Positions 1-11,872 of a DNA stretch of 64,000 nucleotides are shown piece after piece; position 1 is the first letter of the stretch; the number at the start of each line of letters is the position of its first letter. The notes under the pieces are model-generated. The model ran no database searches. It had not been told where the DNA came from and saw only the letters and a program-made list of their open reading frames with translations. Position numbers and translations under genes: made by a program. Origin of the DNA: Selaginella moellendorffii (Eukaryota > Plantae > Lycopodiophyta); NCBI RefSeq assembly GCF_000143415.4, contig NW_003314309.1:322300-386299 (forward strand), in the 5' to 3' direction.

Positions 1-438
1 ATCCACGGATCGCTCGAAAACAATGCACCTGTGTTGTGATCCCTCTCGATCCAGTTCTAGGGTTCTTTATGGAAATAATGGTTCTTCTCTCGTGAACACG
101 CTTTGTTTCCACTGATTAGCGACAAGGTTGAGAAAAAAAAAACGAGCGATAAAACTACGAGGAAAAAAATCAAACACCGTACCATGAAAATCAATCCCAT
201 CGGTGGGCATCCATTTGCCAGTGTAGCAGTGACTGATGCCCAGCCCACTCACAAAGATATATATTCTTCTCTCCAGAAGCATAATGGAGGAATCAGCCTT
301 AGCCTGCAAGACAGAATAACCAAAAGCTGTGATAGATCCCAAGAAAACCAACCATGAACAACAACAAAGAGAAAACAAAAGGAACGCGAGAGAGCTGACA
401 ATCTTACCTGGTGCCTCGAAGATCACAGCCTCCTCGTT

Positions 439-1073
439 TCACTTCTTGGCGAGATTTGCCTCGAGCTTGCTGGAGTCGACGAGATAGGCGAATCCATAGG
501 ACAAGTTCTTGATGGTCGAGTCGTGGAGGTCTTGCTCCTCGGTGGCGGTGGCGTCGGTGGAGAAGAAAACCCGGAATCCACGAACGAAAGCGTCACGGGC
601 GGTGGTCTCGCAGCACAGATTCGTCATCACTCCCGTGACGATCACCTCCTTTCGACCGGACTTCCTGAGAAAATCTTCCAGATCGGTGTTGTAGAAGCCG
701 CTATAGGTGCGCTTGTGGACAATCTTATCGCCATCCAGTCGATCCACCTAAAGATCCACACCAATTGTGACTATTAGCTCCTCCCCCAGAATATTTCCTA
801 CTAGCGATCGATCCAGACCTCGGGAAGAAGCTCCGCCCCGGCAGTGCCATCTAGAATGTTGCGATCCCACCACTCCCCCAGCATTCCATAATCCGAGGGA
901 TCCTTGTGCGAGTGGCGAGTGTGGACAACCGGGATCCCTGCCGCCCTAGCCGCGGCGATTGATCGATTCAGCGCCGGAAGGATCGGTTCCGCCATGCCGC
1001 GAAAGTACTCCTGGACATCGATCACAAGCAGCGCCGCTTGGGCTGGATCCGGCATTCTCGATCGCAAGCCCAT
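439..1073 (-). CDS. NIC2: Nicotinamidase 2-like / isochorismatase-family hydrolase (2 coding exons, intron ~748-817)
   Basis: ORFs 801-1073 and 439-747 join through a GT-AG intron. Motifs [23 protein letters not shown] and [18 protein letters not shown] include the D/K/C catalytic triad. Confidence 0.85.
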
Positions 1074-1111
1074 CTCCGATAAACCCTAAAATTTGACAAA
1101 CCAAATCTTCT

Positions 1112-1145
1112 GGTAGGTCCCAGGTTCGATTCCCGAGAGAAACGC
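1112..1145 (+). promoter_or_regulatory. Isolated Pol III B-box / tRNA 3'-half-like sequence upstream of NIC2
   Basis: GGTAGGTCCCAGGTTCGATTCCCGAGAG matches the B-box GGTTCGANTCC. No A-box or D-arm upstream, and the T-stem is imperfect. Confidence 0.4.
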
Positions 1146-1598
1146 CCTCTGTGGGGACTTTGTTTTAGCGCGCTGTCTGTCACGTCTCGCGTAAGCCCGA
1201 GAGAGAAAAGAGAGGAGCGAAGAAACAATAAAAAAACTTCACGGGAAGATCGATCCACGGATCCAAACAAGCGAACGAGGAGGCGATCACAAAAAAACAG
1301 CTACCTTGACGACGCCAAAAAGGAAGGAAAGATGCCACATTTGTCTCCCTCACTCTCCGTGTTGTCCATGATCTCATGCTTTTCAAGGTTCCACTCGGAG
1401 AAACTTTGGGACAAAGTGGCGCGTAAGTACTCCCGGAATCCTTGACACGCACGGCTCTGTTTTCACTTCTCCTTTTTCTTCGCTTTCGTTTTTTTTTTCT
1501 TCGTCCCGCCTTTGGCAACTTGCTAGCTGGAAACCACTGCTTAGGCGGCTTAGAAACTAGAAAACAATGCAAAAACAAAACGCTTACCAGCTGCAACG

Positions 1599-4082
1599 TC
1601 ACTTGAGAAGATTCACCAGCCGGCTTAGAGCGAACAAAGTCGTGCAGAGGCTGAGAAGGAACCCGGCGATGAGAATCCAATCCAGGGAGTAAAGTCTGGT
1701 GGCACGACTCGATGACTTTCCGGCCGCCGTGACAACCAAGGTCGATCTTTTGTCCTCAAATCTGTGTCTTAGTCCTCCGTTTTCTTGCGTGCTCCTGTAC
1801 TCTTCCTCCTCTCGGTCATCTCCGGCGTGAGATTTGCACGAACAGTCATCGCAGCACGGAGCTGTTCGTGTCGTTGTTACAGCATCGCAATCACTTTGAC
1901 AAGCGCTCGCACAAACTTGCTCGCCACGGCCAGCTCGGATATCGCGATCGAAGGACGAGCCTTCTTCAGGAGCACGGCTGTGGTGATCACCATCGCACAG
2001 TGAGGATGGATACGGCTCAGCTTTCACGGACCACCTCCCGACACTTGTGATCTTGCAGTTAACGTTGGAGCCCAGAAGGCCAGGGAGAGACGGAAGGAGC
2101 ACTTGCACGTAGCTTTTAGTATGACCAACCTGCAAATCAAGGCTCACTTCAGTGCTAAGCGAATCAACAAAGGAAACAAAACTATATTAAAAAAAAAGCC
2201 GAGCTTTGAAAGCTTACGAGGTGGATTCCGTCTGCTGCAGTATCGGTCACCCATACTCTGTACACTTTGCCCTCCATGTCCGAATACGGCGTGAAGGATT
2301 CAAACAAGTTCGTCAGCAGCCGGCTTCTTTTCTTAACTTCGGCTGTTGGAACACGCTTCATTCGTGCCGCTGGAGTCCCTGCCATCAGTCGATACATTAT
2401 TGCGGGAATTATTGAAGCGCTAGAACGTCACACCTGGCCGAGGATAAAACTGAGATATGTGAACTTGCGGGAACTTGTAGTGTTCTATCAACTCCATAGT
2501 CTTGTCAAACTCGTCGGACGTCTCTCCTAGCAGTAGCGCGTCAAGTATTTTGAGTCGTGACGAGAAGAGGATCATTATTTCTTACCTGGAAACCCGCATA
2601 TTATATCCGTCGCAATATGAATGTCAGGAACGAGCTCGATGAGAGTATCAGCAACTTGTTTGAATTCGGCAACAGTGTACTCCCGCTTCATTGCCTGCAA
2701 TCATCATGAATTCATGCTTGCTTGCCAAACTTTGTGACGCAGAAGAAGAATAATTGCTTCTCACCGCCAAGACGGAGTCGCTTCCGGACTGCACGGGAAC
2801 ATGAAGGAACGAATAAACGCAAGGGTGACGAAGAATTTCAGCAATCTCCTTGAGATGCTGCAGTATATATGGTGGATTTGTCATGCCAATCCGCAGCATC
2901 ACGCTTCTATCTCGAGGAAGCTCTGCCACTAGCGCATGAAGAAGTGTTGGAATATCAGTCCCTATATCACGCCCTGCACCAACGCAAAGTTAGATTCGTC
3001 CTTAGAAACCAATAGAGAAAGTACCATAAGCTCCAGTATCCTCGCTACTTAGCCAAATCTCTGTTACACCCTCGGACACAACCCCTTGCAGCCTCTTCAC
3101 CTTTTCTTCGCAAAAAGAAAAGTTATAGAAAGCTTAAAACACAAGAATGAAAGAAAAGAAAAGCTAGCATTTACCAGAGCCTCGATCTTATAGCTGCCAA
3201 GATGACCCCGTGCGTGTTTCGTCTTGCAATACGTACACGAGCCCAGGCAGCCCACGTTGATTGGAATAATCTCCACAAACTTGTTCTTACGGACCTGGAT
3301 GGGCAGGAAAATCCACCTCTTTACGGGTTATCCTGAAACCTCATGGCAAACCTTGGGTAAATCAAGAGATGGAAGCGTACTCCGCCTGAGCAGCTTGACT
3401 TCGTGACCTTTGAGAGTCTCTTCCACCACCTCCACAACACGCTGTATTTGCTGCACTCCTACAACGCTCACGCCTTCCAAGTCTTTCAGATCCTTGCTTC
3501 CCTGAGGAACGCACCCGGCAATCACCAAGGGAATCGTTTGAGCCTTTCCTTTGCGTATCAGTGTTTCCATTGCAGACTGACTGGGTGCCTTCACTGTGCA
3601 TCTGTACAAAAAGCGTCCTTTACAATCGTCTCCGCAAGTAAAAGAGGAAGAAGAAGACGAAGAAAAGAGAGATTCACGGACTTACGTATTGATCAGCCAA
3701 AGGTCGGCCTCGTCAGGATCTTCGGATATCTTATAGCCGTAAGCGAGAAGTTGCCCGGCCATGTACTCACTGTCACTCTGAAAAGAAATCCATTTCAAGG
3801 GCGAAAAGAAAAGAGTTTTTGAGCAGCCCAGTACCTGGTTGTGTGCGCAGCCAAATGTTTTCACGAAAATTGTCTACACGCAAACACACATTTTCAAACA
3901 CGAGCTAAAATTCGAGGACACCATACCTGCGTTCCGGGAATTTGTTTCGCTTGCTTTGATTCATCCGAGGAAGGATTTCGCCGCTTAGCTCGCAACTTCA
4001 CCTCGATCACTGGACGATGATCGTGATGAGTCGAGCGATTGCCCAGCACTAGATCCTCCATGTCCCCCACATCGCCTTCCAT
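1599..4082 (-). CDS. CDKAL1: Threonylcarbamoyladenosine tRNA methylthiotransferase (CDKAL1/e-MtaB type radical SAM), multi-exon
   Basis: [36 protein letters not shown] (CxxxCxxC), [22 protein letters not shown] domain [10 protein letters not shown] and a C-terminal TM helix. GT-AG introns lie between the ORF pieces. Confidence 0.93.
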
Positions 4083-4125
4083 CGCGCCCAAATTCGCCCT
4101 AACCCTAAAACCCCCTTAAACCCTA
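4083..4125. promoter_or_regulatory. 43-bp bidirectional spacer with telo-box motifs
   Basis: CCCTAACCCTAAAA...AAACCCTAA lies between the divergent ATGs at 4082(-) and 4126(+). Confidence 0.65.
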
Positions 4126-6296
4126 ATGGAGGAGGACAAGAATTTGCGAGCGCGCCTCGGGGACGATGGACTCACCGTGATCAATGCGGCCGAGAAAGGG
4201 CGATGCCTCGTCGCGGATCGCGATTTCTATGCGGGTAATCGCTAGGATTTTGCGGCATTTGTGATGTGAAAGCGTGGATCTCTTTCTATCCAGGCCAGAC
4301 AGTGCTGGAGCAAGATCCTTACGTCGCTGTGCTCGACGGCGATTCCAGAGGCAACAGATGCGATGCGTGTTTCAAGCAATCTCCAGCGCTGAAGCGCTGC
4401 TCGGCTTGCAAATTCGTGTTTTATTGCTCTCCTACTTGCCAGGTACTCTGTGTGATGTGATAGAATAGTTTTTACGTTCTATTCCTTAGAGATCGCAATG
4501 GAAGATCCATCAGGAAGAATGTAAGGTTTTGGTTCGGTTGAGCACGGAACAAAAGCGGCCTACCTTGCTGCTAATGCTTCGTCTTCTCGTCAAACGAGAA
4601 CTCCAAGCTACTGGTGTACGTATTGTTCTCGTTTCTTTTTTATCACAGTGGCAGTCACAAGTTCGCTTCGTTTTGTTCCAGGTTCTTCCAGTTACTGCTC
4701 TGGATAACTATGAGATTGTCCGGGCTTTGCCAACTCGTATCCAGATTTTCTTCTTCGTTATGTTCACTGCCTTCTTTTTGCTCGTCCTTGACTAACTTCA
4801 GATTTTTCCGAGACTGGAGATGAGAGGCTCGTTATGTACGCTCAAATGGCTGTCCTGATAAAGACTATCTTGAATGCCAGATATGCTGAGGATGTGAAGG
4901 AGATCACGAAGGATATTTGCAGAGTTCGTCGCTTTCAAGTGTTTTGCTACTAAGATGCGGTTTTGTCTGCAGATTTCATGCAATGGTCATACGATTTGCG
5001 ACGACGAGCTGCGTCCTGTTGGTATTGGACTTTTTCCTGTGGTGTCTGTAATCAATCACAGGTGCGTTTGACACATTTTAGTTGACTTGAATGCTCACAT
5101 TTGTGCTCTTTTTAGCTGCTCTTCAAATTCTTTGCTCTTGTTTGATGGCAAACACGCGGTCGTCAGAGCTCTCGGAACCATCAGCAGAGGTTGTGAGGTT
5201 TGGTCTTCTGAATGCTCTGCTCAATTCATACTAACATTAGAGTTGGACAGGTGACTGTGAGCTACATTGAACTGGGAGCGAGTACAAATTCCCGTCGAGA
5301 AGCTCTTTCTGACCAATACTATTTTCATTGCAAGTGTCCGAGATGCACCGATGTAAGTCCGCAAGCTCGTGCATCTTTTATGCTCGCTTTTTCTTAATAG
5401 ACGTATCCAGGACTCCGAAGATGGCCTTTACAAAGACGACGTGCTCGAAGCCGTGGCTTGTCTGGATCCAGCCTGCGAAAGCTTTATGCGTCTGTCCAAT
5501 GGTATGTGCTTCGAGATTTCCAGGATTAACTTTCTAAAGTACTGTAGGTTCGTGGAGATGCATGTCGTGTGGTTCTAGTCGAGAGCCAAATGAAGTGAAC
5601 AAACTTTCAACCGAAGCAGAGGGTATGATTGAGAAGGCTAACCGTCTCCAAGCCGCTGGCGGTATGCTTGTATCGTTTTCAAGTTGGTTTTATAATTTCT
5701 GTTTCTCGCATTTAGATCTTCATGGCGCGAGGATGGCCTTTCAACAGGCAGAGAAGTTACAGACAGAGTTGTGGAATCCTCGATCAGTGAAACTGATGAG
5801 AACACGCGACCTGCTGCTTAGAGTATGATCGAAACATATTTTGTTCTTGACCTGCCTAATCTTTTCATTGTTTGTGTATTGGATGAAGGTATATCTCTCT
5901 CTGGAAGATTGGGACTTGGCACTACATGTTTGCCGGCTTACTCTTCCTGCTTATGAGAGTAAGCTAGTCTCATATCCTTCATAAGCGTTAAAATTCTTTT
6001 CCAGCGGCATATCCTGGAAGCAAACATCCATTGCTTGGGCTGCAATACTACACACTTGGGAAGCTTGAAATGTAGATCTCGAGCCGACGTATGATTTCTA
6101 AACATCGGTGATGTGTGTTTCCAGGCACGCTGGCAGTGTCACAGAAGCCGTGAGAGCTTACGCAAAAGCGTTCGATATCCTCAGCGTCACTCATGGCTCC
6201 AGAGGCGAGTTTGTAAGAAAGCTGCGCAATGAATTAGACCAAGCGAAGATGGTGGCCTCGTCATTGCATGCTACTTCACCTCGGGAACGATCCTGA
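4126..6296 (+). CDS. ASHR1: SET/MYND histone-lysine methyltransferase (ASHR1/SDG37/SMYD-like), many short introns
   Basis: EKGRCLVADRDF, MYND finger CDACF...RCSACKFVFYCSPTCQ, INHSC, YIELG...QYYFHCKCPRC (post-SET), and a TPR-like C-terminus HPLLGLQYYTLGKLE...LSVTHG. Confidence 0.88.
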
Positions 6297-6699
6297 CGAT
6301 GATTTCCTCAACACGTCGGTATAAGTGCGTTATGCCCGAAGGCTTTTGGAAGTGATCCCAACGATGGAGTCACTGGACTGGAAACGTCCATCAGGAGAAT
6401 GTAAGTAGCTGAGCTCTAGTGATTCCGTTTTGATGCCACTTCGGATAAAAAGGAGTTTGATATATCTTTTAGTTGCTGATGTTATGATATTAGAAGTCAT
6501 TTTTGTATAATGAAATAATCATTGCTTGAGAAGTTAAAGGTGATGTTTAGTATTGTAAGGGCTTTAGATTAGGCCCACAGATAATAAGTGCTAAGTAAGA
6601 TTTAAAGTGGCAAGTGCTATTGTGATTGGAGAGAGGATTACTTGTAAACTTAATCAATTATTTAGCTTAATTATAATTTAATAGTGATGGCTTGTGTAA

Positions 6700-7850
6700 G
6701 CAACTAAAGAAAATGATTTAAAAGATAATACATAGGTTTAAATATAAAAAGGAAAGGGTTATGAATAAAAATCACCCATTTTTCCAATTGATTAAAGGTT
6801 TTAAAATATTTAGAGTTAAGCATTCTTGAGTTTAAATAGTGTGGAATCACACTACATGTTAATTGATGTTTAACAATTCTAGCTTGCTCCAACTAGGGGT
6901 AAGGGTCAAGAGAATAAAACTTTTAGGAGAGTTATAGCTTTCAACTCTCTTTTATGAGGGCATGAACTTGTAAGGAAATGTAATAAATTATAAATAATCA
7001 AAAAAATAAATTTAAAAGATAAATTAAAAATAAATATAAAAGGAAAGATAAATAGTGCACCATTTTTTTAATTGATTAAGGGTTTTGGGATACTTGGGAT
7101 TAAACATCTAATTTGCTTTGGTTGAGATTAACCCGTATCAAAAGAGCAAGGCTCCCGAGAGAGCTATGGGTTTTAACTCCTTTTCATGAGGGCATGAACT
7201 TGCAAAGAAATATAATAGATTATAAACAACTAAAAAAAACAACTTAAAAAAATAAATTTAAAATAAATATAAAAGAGTGCACCCTCTTTTTGGTTTGCTT
7301 AAGCAAACCTATAGGGGGACTGGGATGGTAATGGATATACCTAGAATATGCTTGGATATTCTAGGATATTCTACCATCTAACAGTTGTTATTCATTTAGA
7401 TTAATTTTGTATTTATAATTTATAAACATGTTTATAATCTATAAACTTTCTTAAACCACTTCTAGTATATTCTTTTTGATTCTATCATCTAATGGTTGAT
7501 ATGAAATAAGATTAATCTTGTGTTTATAAATTACAAACATACTTATAATTTAAACTTTATTTGATCAATTGGATTAATAAATAATAATAAAACTACTATT
7601 AAGCAAACCACATGCAAGGCGTAGCAATTTATTTTAATTGATTAAGAGTATTGGGATATTTAGGGTTAAATATTCAATTTACTCTAGTTGGGGTTGACTT
7701 AAAGAGCTAAGCTCTCGAAAAAGTTATAGCTCTCAATTTCCTTTCACAAGAGCATGGATTTGCAAGGAAACATAAATAAATTAAAAAACAATTTTAGAGG
7801 GTAAAGTGTCATGAATACTTTTTTTCAATTGATTAAAGGTTAAGGTTAAA
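6700..7850. repeat. Degenerate AT-rich tandem repeat (~230-bp unit, 3-4 copies)
   Basis: The blocks AATTGATTAAG(G) (~6787, 7070, 7636, 7827) and TTTTxATGAGGGCATGAACTTG (~6950, 7180, 7742) recur. One unit is interrupted by the 7290-7627 element. Confidence 0.75.
7290..7627 (+). mobile_element. Non-autonomous element with 5' palindrome and subterminal inverted repeat (Helentron/HINE- or MITE-like), copy 1
   Basis: Starts TGGTTTGCTTAAGCAAACC and has TTAAGCAAACCA at ~7599-7610. It is inserted in a T-run and is homologous to 33547-33960 (inverted) and 54290-54760. Confidence 0.7.
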
Positions 7851-8286
7851 TGTTTTGAATAGTATTAGGTTGGATAACCTCCCAAAAAGTTTAAATTCAA
7901 AATTTACAACTTACTCATTAGTAAGTATTTTAAAGGATTGTGTTTTTGGGTTTATATGGATTTTAATGTTGGCATATTAGTTATTATTTAGTTGTATATA
8001 TTGCATTACATGATAATTAACTCCTTAATGATGTGTTATTTGTGGTTGGGTACTATTGAAATATTAGTCTTAATATATAATTTAGAGTGGTCTTGTTTAA
8101 CTTTGTTATAATGTTGATATCATTAAAATACTTGAATAGTAACTCAAATAAAATGTTTTCTCAATAATAATAATAAATAAATAGATAAATAAATAAATAA
8201 ATTATAACACTTTGGCAGTTACCCCAGCATTGGCTGGATCTGACAGCCTAAAAAGTCCAGCAATTATTATCACAAGCACAAAATAG

Positions 8287-10296
8287 TCACATCGTTTTGT
8301 ATATACTTTCAAGTTCTAGGCGAGCATCATCTAAAGTGCCTCTAGCTGCTGGGTCTGTCTGCATCAACATTCACGACAAGGTGTCCAAATCAGATCGAAT
8401 GAAATGTTCACTCTGCCACGACCTGATCAAATATCCCAGTGACCATATATCCACTTCTTTACCATGTTCCCCGCTTCCTAAAGAAAGCTCAGGCGCATGA
8501 CTAGCCGCAGCCAGGTGCTTTGGAGCTGACAATTGAGGAGACATAGCTGCATCATCAAGATCAATAAGCCACCATGTCCCTGCATGGAACAAACAAAATA
8601 AGGCAATTAGACCGTCAGTAGACAACAGCCACCACCTGTATCAAAGCTCCGACGAATGTTTGGCCACCTCACATCCCTGTGCATCCATCCAAGCTTATGT
8701 AGGTGTTCCAAGGCTTTAATTGTGTCCAGCAGGGCCTCAATGAGCTCAGGCCCGTTTCTCGGCTTAGCTGCATAGCTCAACCGAGGATAAAAGAGGTGAG
8801 AGCCTTTCTTTTTCCCAGGAACGGGCTCTTGATGTCCAATGAGTCTTTCTATATTCGCACCACGTAGCAGATATTCATGTTGAGAATCCAGCAAGATTCC
8901 AGCCTCTGGAATTACTATCTCATTCACCAAGCCAATTGCCTCGTAGATTTCTTGGACGTTCCTCCAAGCCTACAAAAACAATATAACTTTAGTAAGCCAT
9001 TCGAGCTTGAGCGCACATACCTCCTCAGAATCGTACGTCTTTTTTACTGGCTTGAAGCCATTGAGTCGAACCGTCTTGCGTGGGCTTTCGAAGACAACGA
9101 TGTCTCGCTCAACACCAAGTTCCCTGCAAATCCGGCCCAACACTGGTATGATGCGAACAATGTTGAACAGACATATCAGTATCTCTGGAAGGCTGCCCTT
9201 AGTGTCTCTTTTGAAGTGTAGAAGTTGTTGGGCGCGTGACTTCCCGATTTTATAGAGTCCAGTCGAGTCCTCGTGTAGAGCCACAACAAATACTTCTGGA
9301 CCTACTGCAGCGTACCCCAGTATATATTCCAGCCCATAAAACATCCACACCAGCTTCGTTTCTAGCTCGACCAGAGGAGACTTTGCCTTTTCACTTCCGC
9401 TGCCAGAAAGAATGCCCGCCAGAAGTGTTCCAGCCCATCTCTTCTCTTCTCCCCTGAACACCCCGATCAATTCTGGCAGCACGTACAAAACGCTATGTGG
9501 CCTCTTGGTCCCTGTAGATGTATAGTAGGACGTGTCCCTGCCTGTAACTACCGGACAGTCGTCAGGCAGGCAAAAGGAGATGGTCTCCATAAACCAGGAG
9601 TCCCAATGCGATATCCACGCATTTTCCGTCCAGTCTATCTTCCCCGGCTTATCATAGAGGTCCAAAAGCAAGTCGATTTGCCTGGAGATCATCTGGCAGT
9701 GATAACCGGGTTCTCCACAAGTAAAAGCTCTCCGATGCTCGGACTCGGTGGCTTCCAGCCTAGTAAAAGTCCACGGCGCCAGCGGTATGCTTAAACCGTC
9801 AGGAACGATCTGCAAGAACCTGGCAAGTGACTGACGAGAAGGCAGTGTTTCCAGTCTGTACGAATGTAAGATTCGTTTCCATGGGTCCTCGGGATTAAAA
9901 GCTGCCAAATAAACGACTTAGTAAGCCTGACGTTGAATAAAATCAGACTTACACTTCCGCAATTTCTCAAACAACAGGTCCGTCTTTGCTCTGAGATCGC
10001 TTTCCCTTTCCAACAACAGGTCCTTCTCTGCTTTGAGCTCGCTTTCTCTACGCTTCCAATCCTCCTCCTTCTTCTTCCAGTCTTCCTTTTCTGCACTGAG
10101 CAGTGCGACCTTCACTTTCAACTCGATACACTCTGCAACATCACAAACTATGACTCCAAAGAAAAATGAAAAGGAAAGAAGCTTACCTTCCTCGATCGCT
10201 TTTTCATCCTCGCCATGCTCTGTGAAAAACATAAGCTACTAAGCTACTACATCTGAAACGAATAATAAGCTTGCCTTCCTGGCGCACCCGCTTCAT
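8287..10296 (-). pseudogene. Crinkler (CRN)-like protein: coiled coil + REase-like domain + kinase-like domain, with in-frame premature stop at 8371-8373
   Basis: GRDTS..TSTGTKRPHS..VFRGEEK..PLVELETKLVW.Y..EYILGYAAVG is a CRN-type nuclease region. Kinase motifs are LHKLGWMHRDVRWPN, LIDLDDA, HAPE and DIWSLGYL. Introns include 10220-10274 (GC-AG) and 8970-9020. After the TGA the frame continues MLMQTDPAARGTLDDAR to a stop at 8287. Confidence 0.7.
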
Positions 10297-10399
10297 CGTC
10301 CGCAAACCCTAATTAGCACAATTGAACTGAACAATTGACTTATTTTTTCACCACAGTCGTGAGTGAGAACAGTGCGCCCAGCTGCATGCTCCCATGTCT

Positions 10400-11420
10400 T
10401 CTGTGAGCTTTTCCTTCAATCGCCCAATTCTTCACTTTCGTCCTCCTGGACAAAAAGAATTTCGTAAAGATGAGGTGGCACGAGGAAGAACCTATATCCA
10501 GTTTGAGGCCACACAGGGACTTGCAATCTTCTTTGAGCCCCAGGCAAATTTAGTGCCTCTGCGCTGCTCGTCCAGGTAAAAATACAAACATATGCGATAA
10601 ACCTCTTGATTACTTTTGTGATCAAATGGTTCAGTAGATGCCCCTAGACATCTGCTTTTCCCAACGTTGTGGTAGAAGGCCATCTTTTTCATCGCAGATC
10701 CTTGTAAAAAACAGTCGATTATGCACACAGCTAAAAGTTATTTCCATATGCTTCCTGTTTGTATTGAGCAAGTTAATCTCGCCAAAATAGCCGCTAGAAA
10801 AAACTACGACTTCGTATCTAGGTCCAATGTGAAGAATATCAGCACCAACCTAAATGTGCTGCATCAATAAATCCTCGAAGCCTGGAGCAACTCACATCTA
10901 ACATCAATCGCATCTGGTGACCAGCTGTTTCTCCGTCCATCCGTAATCGTATAATAATCTGGATATCTCAGCTGGTAGCTTGCACAGCTTTGAGTGTAAC
11001 TGTTCCTTGTCACCTTCCGAGCAAACACATATGTGCTATACCACTGTGCAAAGTGTTGGTACTCCTGTGCTTTCCACCATCCCGATTGACGTAATGGCTT
11101 GTCTGGTAGTTGACCTTGTTGCATTGTGCTACATTTATGTTGGAGCGCTACTGTAAGCCTTTTGTTTGCAATGCTGTCATTTTTCAAGTCTTTTACCTGC
11201 TGCCAAAGAAGTGCGTTTTGTCTTCTTAAGCAGCTTTACAGCAATTGTTTGTAGAGTATCGTATGCTGAGCATGGAGAATATCAAATCCCTGTTGCTCAA
11301 AAAGCTTCATCACCAGTGATTTCCCTCGAACACTAAATTTATTGGCTCCAGCAATGTTGGCCTCTCTTAAATAGTGAAGCCCTTTCAAAGGAATTAGCAT
11401 GGTCTGTTCTTTATCAAGAT
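10400..11420 (-). pseudogene. Decayed coding-like sequence of unknown family
   Basis: Minus-strand ORF fragments (10864-11187, 10492-10728) are broken by stops and frameshifts, with higher GC than the flanks and no recognisable motif. Confidence 0.3.
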
Positions 11421-11872
11421 CTCATGTCTTTTTTCATACACTTTCATATGTGTTGCTTTTGTTTTTATTGGAAACCAAACATCATTGCACCATCTTAGAT
11501 TAAAAAATATTACTATAGGGAATGTGATTATAGGTAAAAAAACTTTTACTACCATGATGGTAGAAAATTAGTGTTGCTAGTTCCCTTTATCAATCTTTGC
11601 CCAAATTAATTGAAAAATTGGTTTTCACTTGTGTGAGTATATAAGGATGGAATTTTTAAGTGTTATTAATGAAACATAAGAGAAATTCATTCATTAACTT
11701 GTAATCATCAGTGTTGGGAACACTTACAATAGTTTCTTAATATTTATTAAGTGATCGCTTATTGTATCTGTCAAAACACTATTACTATCATTTGTTTTAT
11801 GTATTGGCATAATATTAGGATGCCCTAAAATATGTCTTTCAATATCCTTTCTTTAATTTCTATTAAATCCTT

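Noticed and set aside
8970-9020. Apparent stop or frameshift splitting the CRN-like gene
   Set aside because: Explained by a 51-nt GT-AG intron. Only the TGA at 8371 appears to be a real lesion.
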